Virus record (IMG/VR): IMGVR_UViG_3300030451_004287
Span: 1-64,000 of that record
DNA length: 64,000 nucleotides
From: a virus
Reading direction: 5' to 3' (one strand)
Under the pieces are notes generated by a model. The model had not been told where the DNA came from. It did not search any database and worked only from the letters and a program-made list of their open reading frames with translations. The position numbers and the translations under genes are program-made. Of this stretch, positions 19,992 to 29,377 are shown piece by piece (positions within the stretch are counted from its first letter, which is position 1; each line of letters begins with the position of its first letter).

Positions 19992-20013
19992 TAAAAAAAT
20001 CTTTTTTTTTCTA

Positions 20014-20049
20014 TTGACAGCTAAAGTTTATATGGTAGAATGTCGATAT
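20014..20049 (+). promoter_or_regulatory. Composite sigma70 / sigma28-like promoter
   Basis: TTGACA-N16-TAGAAT and TAAA-N16-GTCGATAT. Confidence 0.65.
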
Positions 20050-20069
20050 AACACTTAGGAGGAATACTA

Positions 20070-20417
20070 ATGACGAATAAAGAATACAACGGCTGGTACA
20101 ACTATGAAACTTGGTTGGTCAACTTGTGGATGGATAACGACCAAGCAGAACACGAATACTGGCGAGAAGTTGCAAGGGAATGTATCGAGCTGTTTATTGC
20201 TACAGATACATCGGGAGAAGTTCCGCAGTATAAATTTGAAAAGTTTCATTGTTGGTATCGGTTTGACGACAGACTAAAAGACTATCTCGACGAGATCAGA
20301 GAAGGTAAAGAAGGTTTGGCTGGTGATTTACTAGGAGCAGCAATAAGCGAAGTCAACACCAGAGAAATTGCGAAAAGTTGGGTTGAGAACGAACTTGAAA
20401 ATATGGAGATCACATAG
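20070..20417 (+). CDS. Hypothetical phage protein (YNGW.NYETW type)
   Basis: AGGAGG RBS; YNGWYNYETWLVNLW ... VN.REIA. Confidence 0.75.
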   Translation: MTNKEYNGWYNYETWLVNLWMDNDQAEHEYWREVARECIELFIATDTSGEVPQYKFEKFHCWYRFDDRLKDYLDEIREGKEGLAGDLLGAAISEVNTREIAKSWVENELENMEIT

Positions 20418-20850
20418 TACAATACATTAAGACGGATATGGCGTATAGCACCTAGGCAGCCTGATAGCTATACGGGAAAGTGTTGCCCTAGAACGGGTTT
20501 CACCTAAGTCCTACAATACAAACAACTGGTGACGCTTTGCGAAGCGTACTCCACTGGGAACGGGGGAGTTCTATACCTTCCGGCTAGGCCGGGGAAGATT
20601 GGGCCAACATCGTATAGACACCAGTACAATACATAGAGGGCATAGATGCCTAGGCGTTACAGACCGTTGGATGATTAGCCAAGTCTGTGGCTATTAGTTC
20701 AAAAGACGACCTACCGGGTGCAAGTCCCGGCTACTATGGCCGCATACGGTAAAGGGGCAAGGAGAAGTATCAAGCGAGATCGCCGGTGAAGCGTGAGCCC
20801 AACACTGGATCGTGACTCTGCGGTAGCTGATACTCCCCTTTGCCGTACTA
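20418..20850 (+). ncRNA. Putative structured ncRNA cluster (four folded modules, TACAATACA linkers)
   Basis: GC-rich stretch with no ORF of 60 aa or more and many perfect stems; TACAATACA at 20418, 20512 and 20625; includes a T-arm-like hairpin. Confidence 0.65.
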
Positions 20851-20855
20851 GCATA

Positions 20856-20924
20856 TAGGCCCGGGCCTAAATGTTCCGGCTAACCTAGCCGGACACGATA
20901 TTTATGATAAAGTCAGCCAAAAAA
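20856..20924. repeat. 69-bp direct repeat copy 2
   Basis: 68/69 identical to 18571-18639. Confidence 0.95.
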
Positions 20925-20934
20925 CCGATTTTTT

Positions 20935-20975
20935 TAAAGAAAACCAGTTGACAACGCCGATATATATGATATACT
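20935..20975 (+). promoter_or_regulatory. Composite sigma70 / sigma28-like promoter
   Basis: TTGACA-N16-TATACT (extended TG) with TAAA-N17-GCCGATAT. Confidence 0.7.
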
Positions 20976-21011
20976 CAGAGTATAACAAACACCCACGAAG
21001 GAGCCAACGAT

Positions 21012-21782
21012 ATGAAATTTTCAGTAGCCAACAACAAGCTCAAAAAACTATACAAGTATGCAAAATCTGTTCTCTCTCGTTGGTTGAGTGCTAAGATAGG
21101 ACGGTCTACTCCCAAAGTGTATTCCTTCGATTTGTTATCGGGGGTAGACTGTCCTTTCGCTCACGAATGTCATAGTCGGGCGGACGTACAGGCAGACGGT
21201 AGTCGTAAGATAAAAGACGGGCCACACACGAAATTCCGTTGTTTTTCTGCTAGTCAAGAAGTCTTATTCACCAACACGTACAAAAGACGTAAGGCTAATC
21301 ACGATGCTATACATAGTCTGAAAACATCTTTCGAAATAGCCGACGCATTATGTATCGCATTACCCAAAGATGCCAGAGTCGTGCGTATTCATGTGTCTGG
21401 TGATTTCTTCAACGAAAAGTATTTCAGAGCGTGGATGCTGGTAGCCTGTCGTCGTCCAGATGTTCTGTTCTATGCCTATACAAAGTCTCTCAAGTATTGG
21501 ATCGCCAACCGTGACAACGTACCAAACAATCTGGTTCTCACGGCTAGTCGCGGAGGCTACACTGACGAACTAATCGAGAAGCATGGTTTACGCTCTGCTA
21601 AGGTTGTGTTCAGCCAACAAGAAGCAGACGATCTCGGTCTAGAAGTCGATCATGATGATGTTCACGCCGCTGATCCTGCACGAGCTAATCAAGACTTTGC
21701 TCTACTGATTCACGGCGTACAGCCAAAAGGTAGCAAGGCGGCCAATGCTCTTAAAATTCTCAAACAGGAGGCGGTCGCATAA
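21012..21782 (+). CDS. Gene product 88 (Gp88)-like protein
   Basis: SFDL.SG..CP.A..C ... CFSA, RIHVSGDF, FYAYTKS. Confidence 0.7.
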   Translation: MKFSVANNKLKKLYKYAKSVLSRWLSAKIGRSTPKVYSFDLLSGVDCPFAHECHSRADVQADGSRKIKDGPHTKFRCFSASQEVLFTNTYKRRKANHDAIHSLKTSFEIADALCIALPKDARVVRIHVSGDFFNEKYFRAWMLVACRRPDVLFYAYTKSLKYWIANRDNVPNNLVLTASRGGYTDELIEKHGLRSAKVVFSQQEADDLGLEVDHDDVHAADPARANQDFALLIHGVQPKGSKAANALKILKQEAVA

Positions 21783-21850
21783 AAGACCGTTAGGCCCCAA
21801 TCTTATGCCAAACAGCACAAAAATAAAAATACTTTTTTTATGATTATCGC

Positions 21851-21890
21851 TAAAGAAAACACTTGACAATGACGATAATAATAGTATACT
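21851..21890 (+). promoter_or_regulatory. Composite sigma70 / sigma28-like promoter
   Basis: TTGACA-N16-TATACT with TAAA-N16-GACGATAA. Confidence 0.7.
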
Positions 21891-21935
21891 TAAGAGACAA
21901 GCAACAACGGTTGTTGCTAAGAAACGGAGGTAAGA

Positions 21936-22082
21936 ATGACTGACCCAGATGATATTGCTGATTACATAGAAGAGTCTTTCAACGAGGCAATCAACGAGAA
22001 TCCATATTCTTACGATTACCTAGACGATGATTACGACGACTTGGAATATGATGATTGGACTTATAGTGTCTGGTGCGATTGA
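21936..22082 (+). CDS. Very acidic 48-aa protein
   Basis: GGAGGT RBS; MTDPDDIADYIEESFNE... Confidence 0.5.
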   Translation: MTDPDDIADYIEESFNEAINENPYSYDYLDDDYDDLEYDDWTYSVWCD

Positions 22083-22115
22083 GTTTAGTTTACACTTTTT
22101 ACTTTGGAGAATGTT

Positions 22116-22352
22116 ATGAATAAGTACACTTTTAAGGTTGATATGGTCGGTGAAAATCTTGATTCTGAAAAAGTTATTGAAGGTCTGCAAAATCATTTAG
22201 ATCAGCAGCACACTCAAAATACTTCTACTGTCAAGTCAGATGGTATCAAAAAGTTCAGCGAGCAAGGCTACAAAGTGTGGCGTGCAAGAGTTACGGGCGT
22301 AACTGCAAAACAAGCAGGTGATGCTCATAACAACAAGGTCACGGCGGAATAA
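22116..22352 (+). CDS. Hypothetical protein
   Basis: GGAG RBS. Confidence 0.65.
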   Translation: MNKYTFKVDMVGENLDSEKVIEGLQNHLDQQHTQNTSTVKSDGIKKFSEQGYKVWRARVTGVTAKQAGDAHNNKVTAE

Positions 22353-22415
22353 TCCGCCCTCTGGCCTTGACATTTGAGGGAATTTTACTATAATTATTTA
22401 CAAAGGAGATTTAAT

Positions 22416-22796
22416 ATGACTATTGCTATTGTTTGCGGTGTTGCGTTGGTTGTTGCGGGTATTTGCTACTTTGGCTTGCCTACGACTATGGAAAAGGCAA
22501 AGGTCGGTGACGTAATCAGTTTCCGATATTTGCAGCCTCATCACGATGATGCTCCTCGTTCGTTCGAGAAGGTTATCGAAAAGTATCATGTTTCTGACAG
22601 TACTAAGAGGCATCTTAATGCTTGCAGTAACTATCGTAGGGACGAGCTTCAAAAAGGAGCATTTGTTCGCAGCGGTAACTTGCTGGTAACTGAAGACCCT
22701 TCAGGTGATGTTCGACAGTATTATACTGGTCGCGGTATCATGGCTCGCAAGCATCTTTTCGGAAATGCAATTCGCCCTCTTGTTTCCGTCAACTGA
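22416..22796 (+). CDS. Hypothetical protein with N-terminal membrane anchor
   Basis: AGGAG RBS; hydrophobic N-terminus. Confidence 0.65.
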   Translation: MTIAIVCGVALVVAGICYFGLPTTMEKAKVGDVISFRYLQPHHDDAPRSFEKVIEKYHVSDSTKRHLNACSNYRRDELQKGAFVRSGNLLVTEDPSGDVRQYYTGRGIMARKHLFGNAIRPLVSVN

Positions 22797-22925
22797 TTCC
22801 CTCCCTGTCTGGGGTATGCTGTACAACAGCCTCTGCCCCGATTGGAAGGAGTCAACACTGTGCCAATCATTATCTTATTTATAATCATGGTATGGATTTT
22901 TGACGAAAGCTAACCTTGATTTAGA

Positions 22926-22979
22926 AGTCAGTTCCGCAGCGTCAATGGGGATATCCAAGACTGCGGGACTGGCTTTTTT
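22926..22979 (+). terminator. Probable terminator
   Basis: AGTCAGTTCCGCAG / CTGCGGGACTGGCT stem followed by a T-run. Confidence 0.6.
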
Positions 22980-22990
22980 CTTGCACTTTC

Positions 22991-23002
22991 AGGCCCGGGC
23001 CT
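22991..23002. repeat. AGGCCCGGGCCT palindrome, copy 4 of 4
   Basis: Between a terminator and the next promoter. Confidence 0.85.
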
Positions 23003-23083
23003 AAATTATAATAGTGATTATGATAAATGTCTCACCTAATATAATCGGATCGTTTACGAATGTTTACAGTCAGCTAAAAATGT

Positions 23084-23125
23084 TCAAGTCGAAGGGGTTG
23101 ACAAGTCGATAATATATAGTAGAAT
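23084..23125 (+). promoter_or_regulatory. Composite sigma70 / sigma28-like promoter
   Basis: TTGACA-N16-TAGAAT with TCAA-N17-GTCGATAA. Confidence 0.6.
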
Positions 23126-23233
23126 GGTAGTAACGGAAGAACAACCTCACCACAAAGTCGATACTGTCTGTTACCCTTTATAGTAATCGGGTTATGCAGG
23201 AAGTAAAGAATAGTGGTTTAATTGGAGAATACT

Positions 23234-23563
23234 ATGGACGATAAAATTCAACACGTATTAGCTACATATACTTTCCCACAATTTGCTAGATGCCCTACTG
23301 TAAAAGTTATAGGGTTATTTGAAAATATGGCAGATTGGATTGATGAGGATTTTTATGGGTGGAAAGTAGTAGATAAAGATGGTATTATTTTAGCTATGTC
23401 AGGTGATGATGATAGTCATACCTTGCCACCTAGAGATTGGGTAAAGGTTCATTGTCTGAGTAGTTGGGTGACAGGTGAAGAAAATTATGAAAGAAAAATA
23501 GGTAAATATTCAGTTCGTGTATCTGGTGACTCTATGTTTATCAGAGATACTACAGAATCATAG
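23234..23563 (+). CDS. Hypothetical protein
   Basis: GGAG RBS; followed by a terminator. Confidence 0.6.
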   Translation: MDDKIQHVLATYTFPQFARCPTVKVIGLFENMADWIDEDFYGWKVVDKDGIILAMSGDDDSHTLPPRDWVKVHCLSSWVTGEENYERKIGKYSVRVSGDSMFIRDTTES

Positions 23564-23578
23564 TGTTGTTCCCTCCGT

Positions 23579-23610
23579 AGCTCCCGGCAGAAATGTCGGG
23601 GGCTTTTTTT
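23579..23610 (+). terminator. Rho-independent terminator
   Basis: AGCTCCCGGCA-GAAA-TGTCGGGGGCT followed by a T-run. Confidence 0.8.
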
Positions 23611-23980
23611 ATATCTATATATATTAATATTGTCCCACCTAATATATACCGATCGTTACGGATGGTTCGTAGTCAGTCAATTTTAGTAGTCAGGGGATTT
23701 TTATAATCAGATAATTATTATATTTGTTTCATCTAAACTAATCTGATCGTTCCGAATTGTTCGTAGTCAGCTAGTTTTAGTAGTCTATTAGATTTATATA
23801 GATTATACAGAAGAGATATGGAAGATAGTATATATTAATACCCAACTACTGCATAATTAATAACGGGAATCTACCATTTGTCAATAAGAATATTTTTGTT
23901 AAAATTTAGAATATGTGGTTGACTATATCTTTTAGTTTACTACTATACTGTATCACCACCAAATTTAAAAGGATTATCAA

Positions 23981-24172
23981 ATGCCATATTACTGGAAAGC
24001 ATATAATTATATTTTAGCTGAATTTGAAACAGAACAAGATGCTAAAGATGCACTAGATTTTGATAGAGGCGTATTAGTATCTTTACCAAATGGTGAAGAG
24101 TTTGAATGTAAGGCAGATGATATTAATATTATACATGAAGATACCCCTATAGATTTTCCGGTTGATGAATAA
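23981..24172 (+). CDS. Hypothetical protein
   Basis: AAGGA RBS; TTGACT-N16-TACTAT upstream. Confidence 0.55.
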   Translation: MPYYWKAYNYILAEFETEQDAKDALDFDRGVLVSLPNGEEFECKADDINIIHEDTPIDFPVDE

Positions 24173-24772
24173 TACCAATAATTATAATTCATGTTCTTAT
24201 ACTATAGACACTATAGTTCCCGGTCACTTGTTTCTATGGAATACATGGGAGATTAGAAATAATACTCCACATTCTAGTAGTCTTAGTCTTATTAGTTATA
24301 AATCATCAGGTATTAAAAAATAACCTATTTTCATTCTTTTCTGCATAAATTTACTTGTTTTTTGCCGAAAAAACTTTAATTTCTACTTATTGCGGGTGGG
24401 CGAGGTGCAAATAGATATAAAGCATATTGAATACCCTATATTATTCCTACTATTGTTTCTATTGTCCCTATTGGTTTTATTAGTATTCTTCCATATGGTA
24501 ATTTTAACTAAGTCTATATTTTATAAGGGTTTACGAATTGTCAACTATTATAACATCTAACCTCTGTGCTATTGCTATAATCCCTACAGTGGTATCTATA
24601 CTGCTAGTGTCTTTATATTTATCTAATTCATAATTATGGTATAAAACCCACTATCTATACTAATCAAAATATAATTGCGGGCATAATTCCCACAAATGAA
24701 AACTAAATCAAAACTAAATCAAATGTAGGTGTATACTTAGTATATGATCTTAACCAACAAGGCAAAATACTC

Positions 24773-25105
24773 ATGGCATTTACAACAGATTCATTAACAG
24801 AAATATTTACTGGGGCAACTGTTGGAACAGGTATATTGAATATTCCTAGTGGAAGTATTACAAGTTTTATTCCAACTGGGGTAGGAACTGGTAGCGGAGT
24901 AGCGAATTTAGCGTTTGGTTTAGCTACAACATTAGCGAGTGCATTTGCTACTGGTAATTATAGTAATGTAAAAGTTTCAGATAGTAAAAGTATTGGCACA
25001 AATGTTTCTGGTAGTGCTATTATGACTAGAAATATTAACTTTAGGTTTGTATTAAATTATCCCGAAAATAGTGTTGATGATTTGTTAAATGTCATTGTGG
25101 AATAA
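24773..25105 (+). CDS. G/T/S-rich probable virion protein
   Basis: Composition; preceded by the TAGGTGTATACTT late-type motif. Confidence 0.55.
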   Translation: MAFTTDSLTEIFTGATVGTGILNIPSGSITSFIPTGVGTGSGVANLAFGLATTLASAFATGNYSNVKVSDSKSIGTNVSGSAIMTRNINFRFVLNYPENSVDDLLNVIVE

Positions 25106-25108
25106 ACT

Positions 25109-25657
25109 ATGACTATAACTAAAACAGTTTGTAGGACAATATTCTATCAGTTCTTTTTACTGTTTGTAGGATTATCTATAGGCTTCTTATTAAATATAGA
25201 ATACATAGGATGGAAAGCACCCATTGTGGGTAATTCATTTTACAATACATTTTTCCCTGTTGATTTTGAAGATGAAGGAGTGTTAGAGTCTTTATACAAG
25301 ATGGGTCAATTTAAAATATTTTCTTTTAATAACTATCCAACAGATTTTAAAGTTATAGAAGAAGCGATGATGGCAGAAGAATGGTATTGGGTTAAATATA
25401 GTTATACAGATAAAAAAGGAAGGAAACAAATTGCCATAGATCATACTAGAATAAGATGGAAACCTTGGGAATATTATTATGAAGAAGAAGCTATGGTTCC
25501 TATGACTGATGACGAATTAAGAGAATATATCAATGAAGGGGATTTAAATAGTAATGAAACAGATAGGGCATTTAGATTAAGAAGAGAACTAAGACAATCA
25601 CAGGATCAAAGGACTTTGTTTAATCCACAAGAATTTCAAGATGGACTCAATTTATAG
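25109..25657 (+). CDS. Hypothetical membrane-anchored protein
   Basis: N-terminal hydrophobic segment. Confidence 0.65.
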   Translation: MTITKTVCRTIFYQFFLLFVGLSIGFLLNIEYIGWKAPIVGNSFYNTFFPVDFEDEGVLESLYKMGQFKIFSFNNYPTDFKVIEEAMMAEEWYWVKYSYTDKKGRKQIAIDHTRIRWKPWEYYYEEEAMVPMTDDELREYINEGDLNSNETDRAFRLRRELRQSQDQRTLFNPQEFQDGLNL

Positions 25658-25759
25658 GATAACTATTATAACAAGCCTGAAAGGGTAGGACTAATTATAG
25701 TAGACTCAATAGTTTACAGGACGGTATTAAATTTAGGTAAACCTAACCCCTTTTTTATA

Positions 25760-25792
25760 AGTGGCGACTTTTAACAGGGTCGTCACTTTTTT
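25760..25792 (+). terminator. Rho-independent terminator
   Basis: AGTGGCGAC / GTCGTCACT stem followed by a T-run. Confidence 0.7.
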
Positions 25793-25837
25793 CTTGACAA
25801 TCTCTGTGTATGTGTTATACTAGAGTAGGAGGCTATT

Positions 25838-26752
25838 ATGCAATTTGGACTATGCTGTATATCGTTAGATTTAAGAGAGTCAGACACTCCACTTAAATTT
25901 CAAACTATGACCTATAAGAGATTCAGTTCTTTACCCCGTGAAGAAGCACTGTCTATACTAGGTGACAGAATATTAAATAATTTAGTAGTTACAGACGCTA
26001 CAATTAAATATTGTGCAGAACGTAACTATTGCTACAGAATTAGTAGTGATCTTTTCCCTTTGATGACTTATGATAAGGCAAATATAGATTGGGAAGAATT
26101 ACCCAACTATGAAGCAATAGAAGGTGCTTTTGATATGCTGTATAAAACAGTACAGGAATCAAATGTTAGAATTAGTTGTCATCCAAGTGAGTTTAATGTA
26201 TTAGCATCTACTAATCAAAATGCGGTTGATAAAACTATTACAGAACTTAATTTTTATAGCAGTTTTCTGGATCGTATAGGTTGTCCACCAGACTATAATT
26301 CTCCTATGAATATCCATATCAATAACAGAGAGGGTACTAACGCAGAAGTAGTTGATAGATTCTATGACAATTTTATGCTACTCGATCCAATGTGTAGAGA
26401 TAGAATTGTAGTAGAAAATGACGACAAACTTAATTGTTGGAGTGTTAAACAATTAGTAAACGATTTTTACCCTAAAACTAAAATACCTATTACATTTGAC
26501 TATCTACATCATGCCTGCCATCCTGACGGGTGGACTGAAGAAGAGGCTATTAGATTTTGTAGATTAACATGGAATGGATATAAACCTTTGTTTCATTATA
26601 GTGAAAGTATTCCAGATCATCCTAATCCTAGAAAACATGCAGATTATGCAGAAAAACCTTTCAATAATTATGGTATTGATTTTGATGTTGATATGGAATT
26701 AAAAATGAAAGATAAAGCTATAGCACATTATCAAGAAGGTGTATTAGTATGA
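25838..26752 (+). CDS. uvsE: UV-damage endonuclease
   Basis: GLCCIS, YRISSDLFP, RISCHP..F.VL, VENDD, FDYLHH, HYSE, HADY, ELK.KD. Confidence 0.92.
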   Translation: MQFGLCCISLDLRESDTPLKFQTMTYKRFSSLPREEALSILGDRILNNLVVTDATIKYCAERNYCYRISSDLFPLMTYDKANIDWEELPNYEAIEGAFDMLYKTVQESNVRISCHPSEFNVLASTNQNAVDKTITELNFYSSFLDRIGCPPDYNSPMNIHINNREGTNAEVVDRFYDNFMLLDPMCRDRIVVENDDKLNCWSVKQLVNDFYPKTKIPITFDYLHHACHPDGWTEEEAIRFCRLTWNGYKPLFHYSESIPDHPNPRKHADYAEKPFNNYGIDFDVDMELKMKDKAIAHYQEGVLV

Positions 26753-26895
26753 GTGGATGGTTAATTGTATTAACTGGTTTAATATACTTATATGTAAGTA
26801 TTGAACAGTTATGGAAAGGTAATCCCGGTATGGGTATTGCTTATTTTGGATATGCTTTTTCTAATATTGGTTTATATTTATTAGCATCAAAATAA
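26749..26895 (+). CDS. Small two-helix membrane protein
   Basis: MSGWLIVLTGLIYLYV...GYAFSNIGL; ATGA overlap with uvsE. Confidence 0.6.
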   Translation: MSGWLIVLTGLIYLYVSIEQLWKGNPGMGIAYFGYAFSNIGLYLLASK

Positions 26896-27110
26896 AAAGG
26901 GCAAATAGATGAATAAAAAAGAACCAACAAAATATTCTATGTCCACAGGATTACCGCACAGTGAAGATGATGAACAAGTTAAGAGGTATCCACTTAAAAG
27001 TATAGAACAAGAATTTTATGATATTATATGGAAACATAAACAACACAAGGCTGATTTAGATAAAAAAGATAAGTAAAGATTATTAGAGGCGGTAGAAAAG
27101 ATGAAAGGAA

Positions 27111-27374
27111 ATGTACCGTAATATAGATGAAGATGAACGTCTTTTAACAATGGCACGAAGATATTGGGATGAAGAAGATCAATTAACAGAAAAACAATTA
27201 TACTGGGTTTTAACTAATGAAGGATATTCAAGAAGAGAAATTGACAATGCGATCAGTGATTATTGGTCTATTCATATACAGTCTAACATACTTCTTCATT
27301 ATTGGGTTGCACCAATTATTTTAACAGTATTAATGGTTGTTTTAGTTATCTATGTTCACAGTCTGTTAAAATAA
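27111..27374 (+). CDS. Hypothetical protein with C-terminal TM helix
   Basis: 87-aa ORF, hydrophobic tail. Confidence 0.55.
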   Translation: MYRNIDEDERLLTMARRYWDEEDQLTEKQLYWVLTNEGYSRREIDNAISDYWSIHIQSNILLHYWVAPIILTVLMVVLVIYVHSLLK

Positions 27375-27378
27375 AATC

Positions 27379-27418
27379 TAAAGATTCTGCTTGACAATGC
27401 CGATAACTATGGTATACT
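27379..27418 (+). promoter_or_regulatory. Composite sigma70 / sigma28 promoter (best match)
   Basis: TAAA-N16-GCCGATAA overlapping TTGACA-N16-TATACT. Confidence 0.75.
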
Positions 27419-27441
27419 GGTAGTAACACAGGAGAAAAATT

Positions 27442-27783
27442 ATGGAAGAAAAGTATATCAATTTGATCGAAGAGTGGTGCGAAGTATTAGAGCAAAAGGC
27501 TTTTGCTAGGTATCATGGGCCTCATTCTAAAGAACAAAAAACCGCATACTATTGGTTTAAGATTAATAAGAAGTATACTAAGATTATTGTGACAAATCGT
27601 GGTAGCGATAGTGTCCACGCATTTGTCGATAACAATACTCTTGATATTTACAAAGCAGCAAATTGGAATGCTCCAGTTAAAGATAAGAGATATAATTTAT
27701 GGGATGATTTTAATGAACTGCTACAGGTATGTGATCCTCACGGTAGTTATTTATACAAAAGAAAATCTAAAGTTTGTGTTTGA
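27442..27783 (+). CDS. Hypothetical phage protein
   Basis: KKY.KI..SVHAFVD....IYKAA.W.AP.K..RYNL pattern common in large phages. Confidence 0.75.
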   Translation: MEEKYINLIEEWCEVLEQKAFARYHGPHSKEQKTAYYWFKINKKYTKIIVTNRGSDSVHAFVDNNTLDIYKAANWNAPVKDKRYNLWDDFNELLQVCDPHGSYLYKRKSKVCV

Positions 27784-27797
27784 CAAGGACGATAACT

Positions 27798-28016
27798 ATG
27801 GTATACTCAAATACTATTCCCTATCATGTTAGATGCTATACTTGTGGAGAAGATCATACTATCATAGCAGAAAAACAAGATATTATAAGCTGGATGACAG
27901 GGGCAAAGTATATTCAAGATGCCTTGCCATACCTGTCAGCAGCAGACAGAGAACTGTTAATATCAAACACTTGTGATAAATGTTGGAAAGAATTATACGG
28001 AGAGGATGAAGAATGA
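27798..28016 (+). CDS. Small zinc-binding protein
   Basis: C..CG ... IQDA.PYLSA.DRELLIS.TC..CW. Confidence 0.65.
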   Translation: MVYSNTIPYHVRCYTCGEDHTIIAEKQDIISWMTGAKYIQDALPYLSAADRELLISNTCDKCWKELYGEDEE

Positions 28017-28148
28017 TTTGTTTAAAGTATGAAGATATTGAAACACTAACTAGAATAGTGACTCACTTACAATCTCAAGGTGCTAAATTTGAAGCGGTTC
28101 ATGTAAACACTCAATGGCATATTACTTTATATTAAGAGAGGGAATATA

Positions 28149-28550
28149 ATGCCTAAAGGAAGTAAAACTTGTAGTAAATGTGGATATGTAACTGGGCCTA
28201 GAGCATATATCTGTCCAAAATGTAATACTCCATTTGACTTTGCTCTTAAAACTAAACGTAGTAAAACTACAAAGTTTATTAAAGAGTTTGATTGGAAAGA
28301 ACTAAGTAAAGGACAAACGGTTAAAGTTACTGGAGGCCCATATTATTTAACAGAGGATAAAGAATATATTCCTATGGGTCATCATGGAATTTACACGGTT
28401 CATGCAGTAGACGACAAAGGGGTTATTGCTTACAATAAAAAAGATGGGTTTGTTCATCTCTGGATGGGTAAAAACCAAAGATCAAAAAGCACTCGAATAT
28501 TTCAAACTGCCCATAGAATGATACTACTAGAAAAAAAGGTTAAGGTATGA
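28149..28550 (+). CDS. Zn-ribbon protein
   Basis: C..CG...GPRA..C..C. Confidence 0.7.
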   Translation: MPKGSKTCSKCGYVTGPRAYICPKCNTPFDFALKTKRSKTTKFIKEFDWKELSKGQTVKVTGGPYYLTEDKEYIPMGHHGIYTVHAVDDKGVIAYNKKDGFVHLWMGKNQRSKSTRIFQTAHRMILLEKKVKV

Positions 28551-28924
28551 GCGAAGAAGAAAATCCACATGAAATGTCTGCATTTCTTATCAAAGATGTT
28601 ACAACCTTTGCTAAAGAATTACGAACAACCATTATCCAACAATTAATTGATTCAAAAGAAATAGCAAGACCCAAGAAGGGCGAGCGATTAAATAAGAACG
28701 ATTATATCACAATTAAACAAGTGATTGGTATTATTCGAGACAATATTGTATCTATTAATGATAATAACGAATTTATTGTAGATATGGATTGTATGGATGA
28801 GATTTACTTTAGAGTTTGTGATAGTATTCACGGTACTTTAATATCAAGACTAGCATCTCAAGGGGTTATTGAATCTGCTTGGGATGAAGAAAAGAATAAA
28901 TTTATATTTTGGTTTGCTGAATAA
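28547..28924 (+). CDS. Hypothetical protein (paralogue of 46204-46647)
   Basis: C-terminal IE.A.D..KN.F.FW motif shared with 46204-46647. Confidence 0.65.
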   Translation: MSEEENPHEMSAFLIKDVTTFAKELRTTIIQQLIDSKEIARPKKGERLNKNDYITIKQVIGIIRDNIVSINDNNEFIVDMDCMDEIYFRVCDSIHGTLISRLASQGVIESAWDEEKNKFIFWFAE

Positions 28925-29158
28925 TATGAAATACTTACTTATGCTTTTAATATTTTGTTCTGGTTGTGTTACAACAAGTCGATGTTCATTGACCTGTAAT
29001 AAGACGATAGACCTTGACAATAGGCCGATGGATGGTAAAATAAATGTCGGCGTAAGATTAGAGTTATTCAGAGACTATAGAAGATAACGTAAGGATATAT
29101 TTTTTGTGGCAGAATCTATATCCTAAATTTACAAGGGCCACTTTATAAGAGGTAGATT

Positions 29159-29377
29159 ATGACAAAGCAGGATAAGGTTATCAACTATTTATCTAGGGGA
29201 CGAACACTAAGTCAAGATAGTGCCGCTAGTATGTTTGAGGTTGGTAATCTTCGTGCAACGATCAGCGACATCAAGCCGCTGGTTCGTAAGCGAGGATTGA
29301 CTGTAACAAAGTCAACAGGACGATATGGTGAAACCCGTTATGGTTTGACTACGACAAAGCGGCGAAAGCGGCGATAA
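29159..29377 (+). CDS. Small basic wHTH-like protein
   Basis: KQDKVINYL..G.TL....A...F.V.NLRATISDI. Confidence 0.6.
   Translation: MTKQDKVINYLSRGRTLSQDSAASMFEVGNLRATISDIKPLVRKRGLTVTKSTGRYGETRYGLTTTKRRKRR

Noticed and set aside
20455-20490. Hammerhead or pistol ribozyme in ncRNA module 1
   Set aside because: CTGATAG...GAAA does not match CUGANGA with the required stems, and the pistol core is not matched
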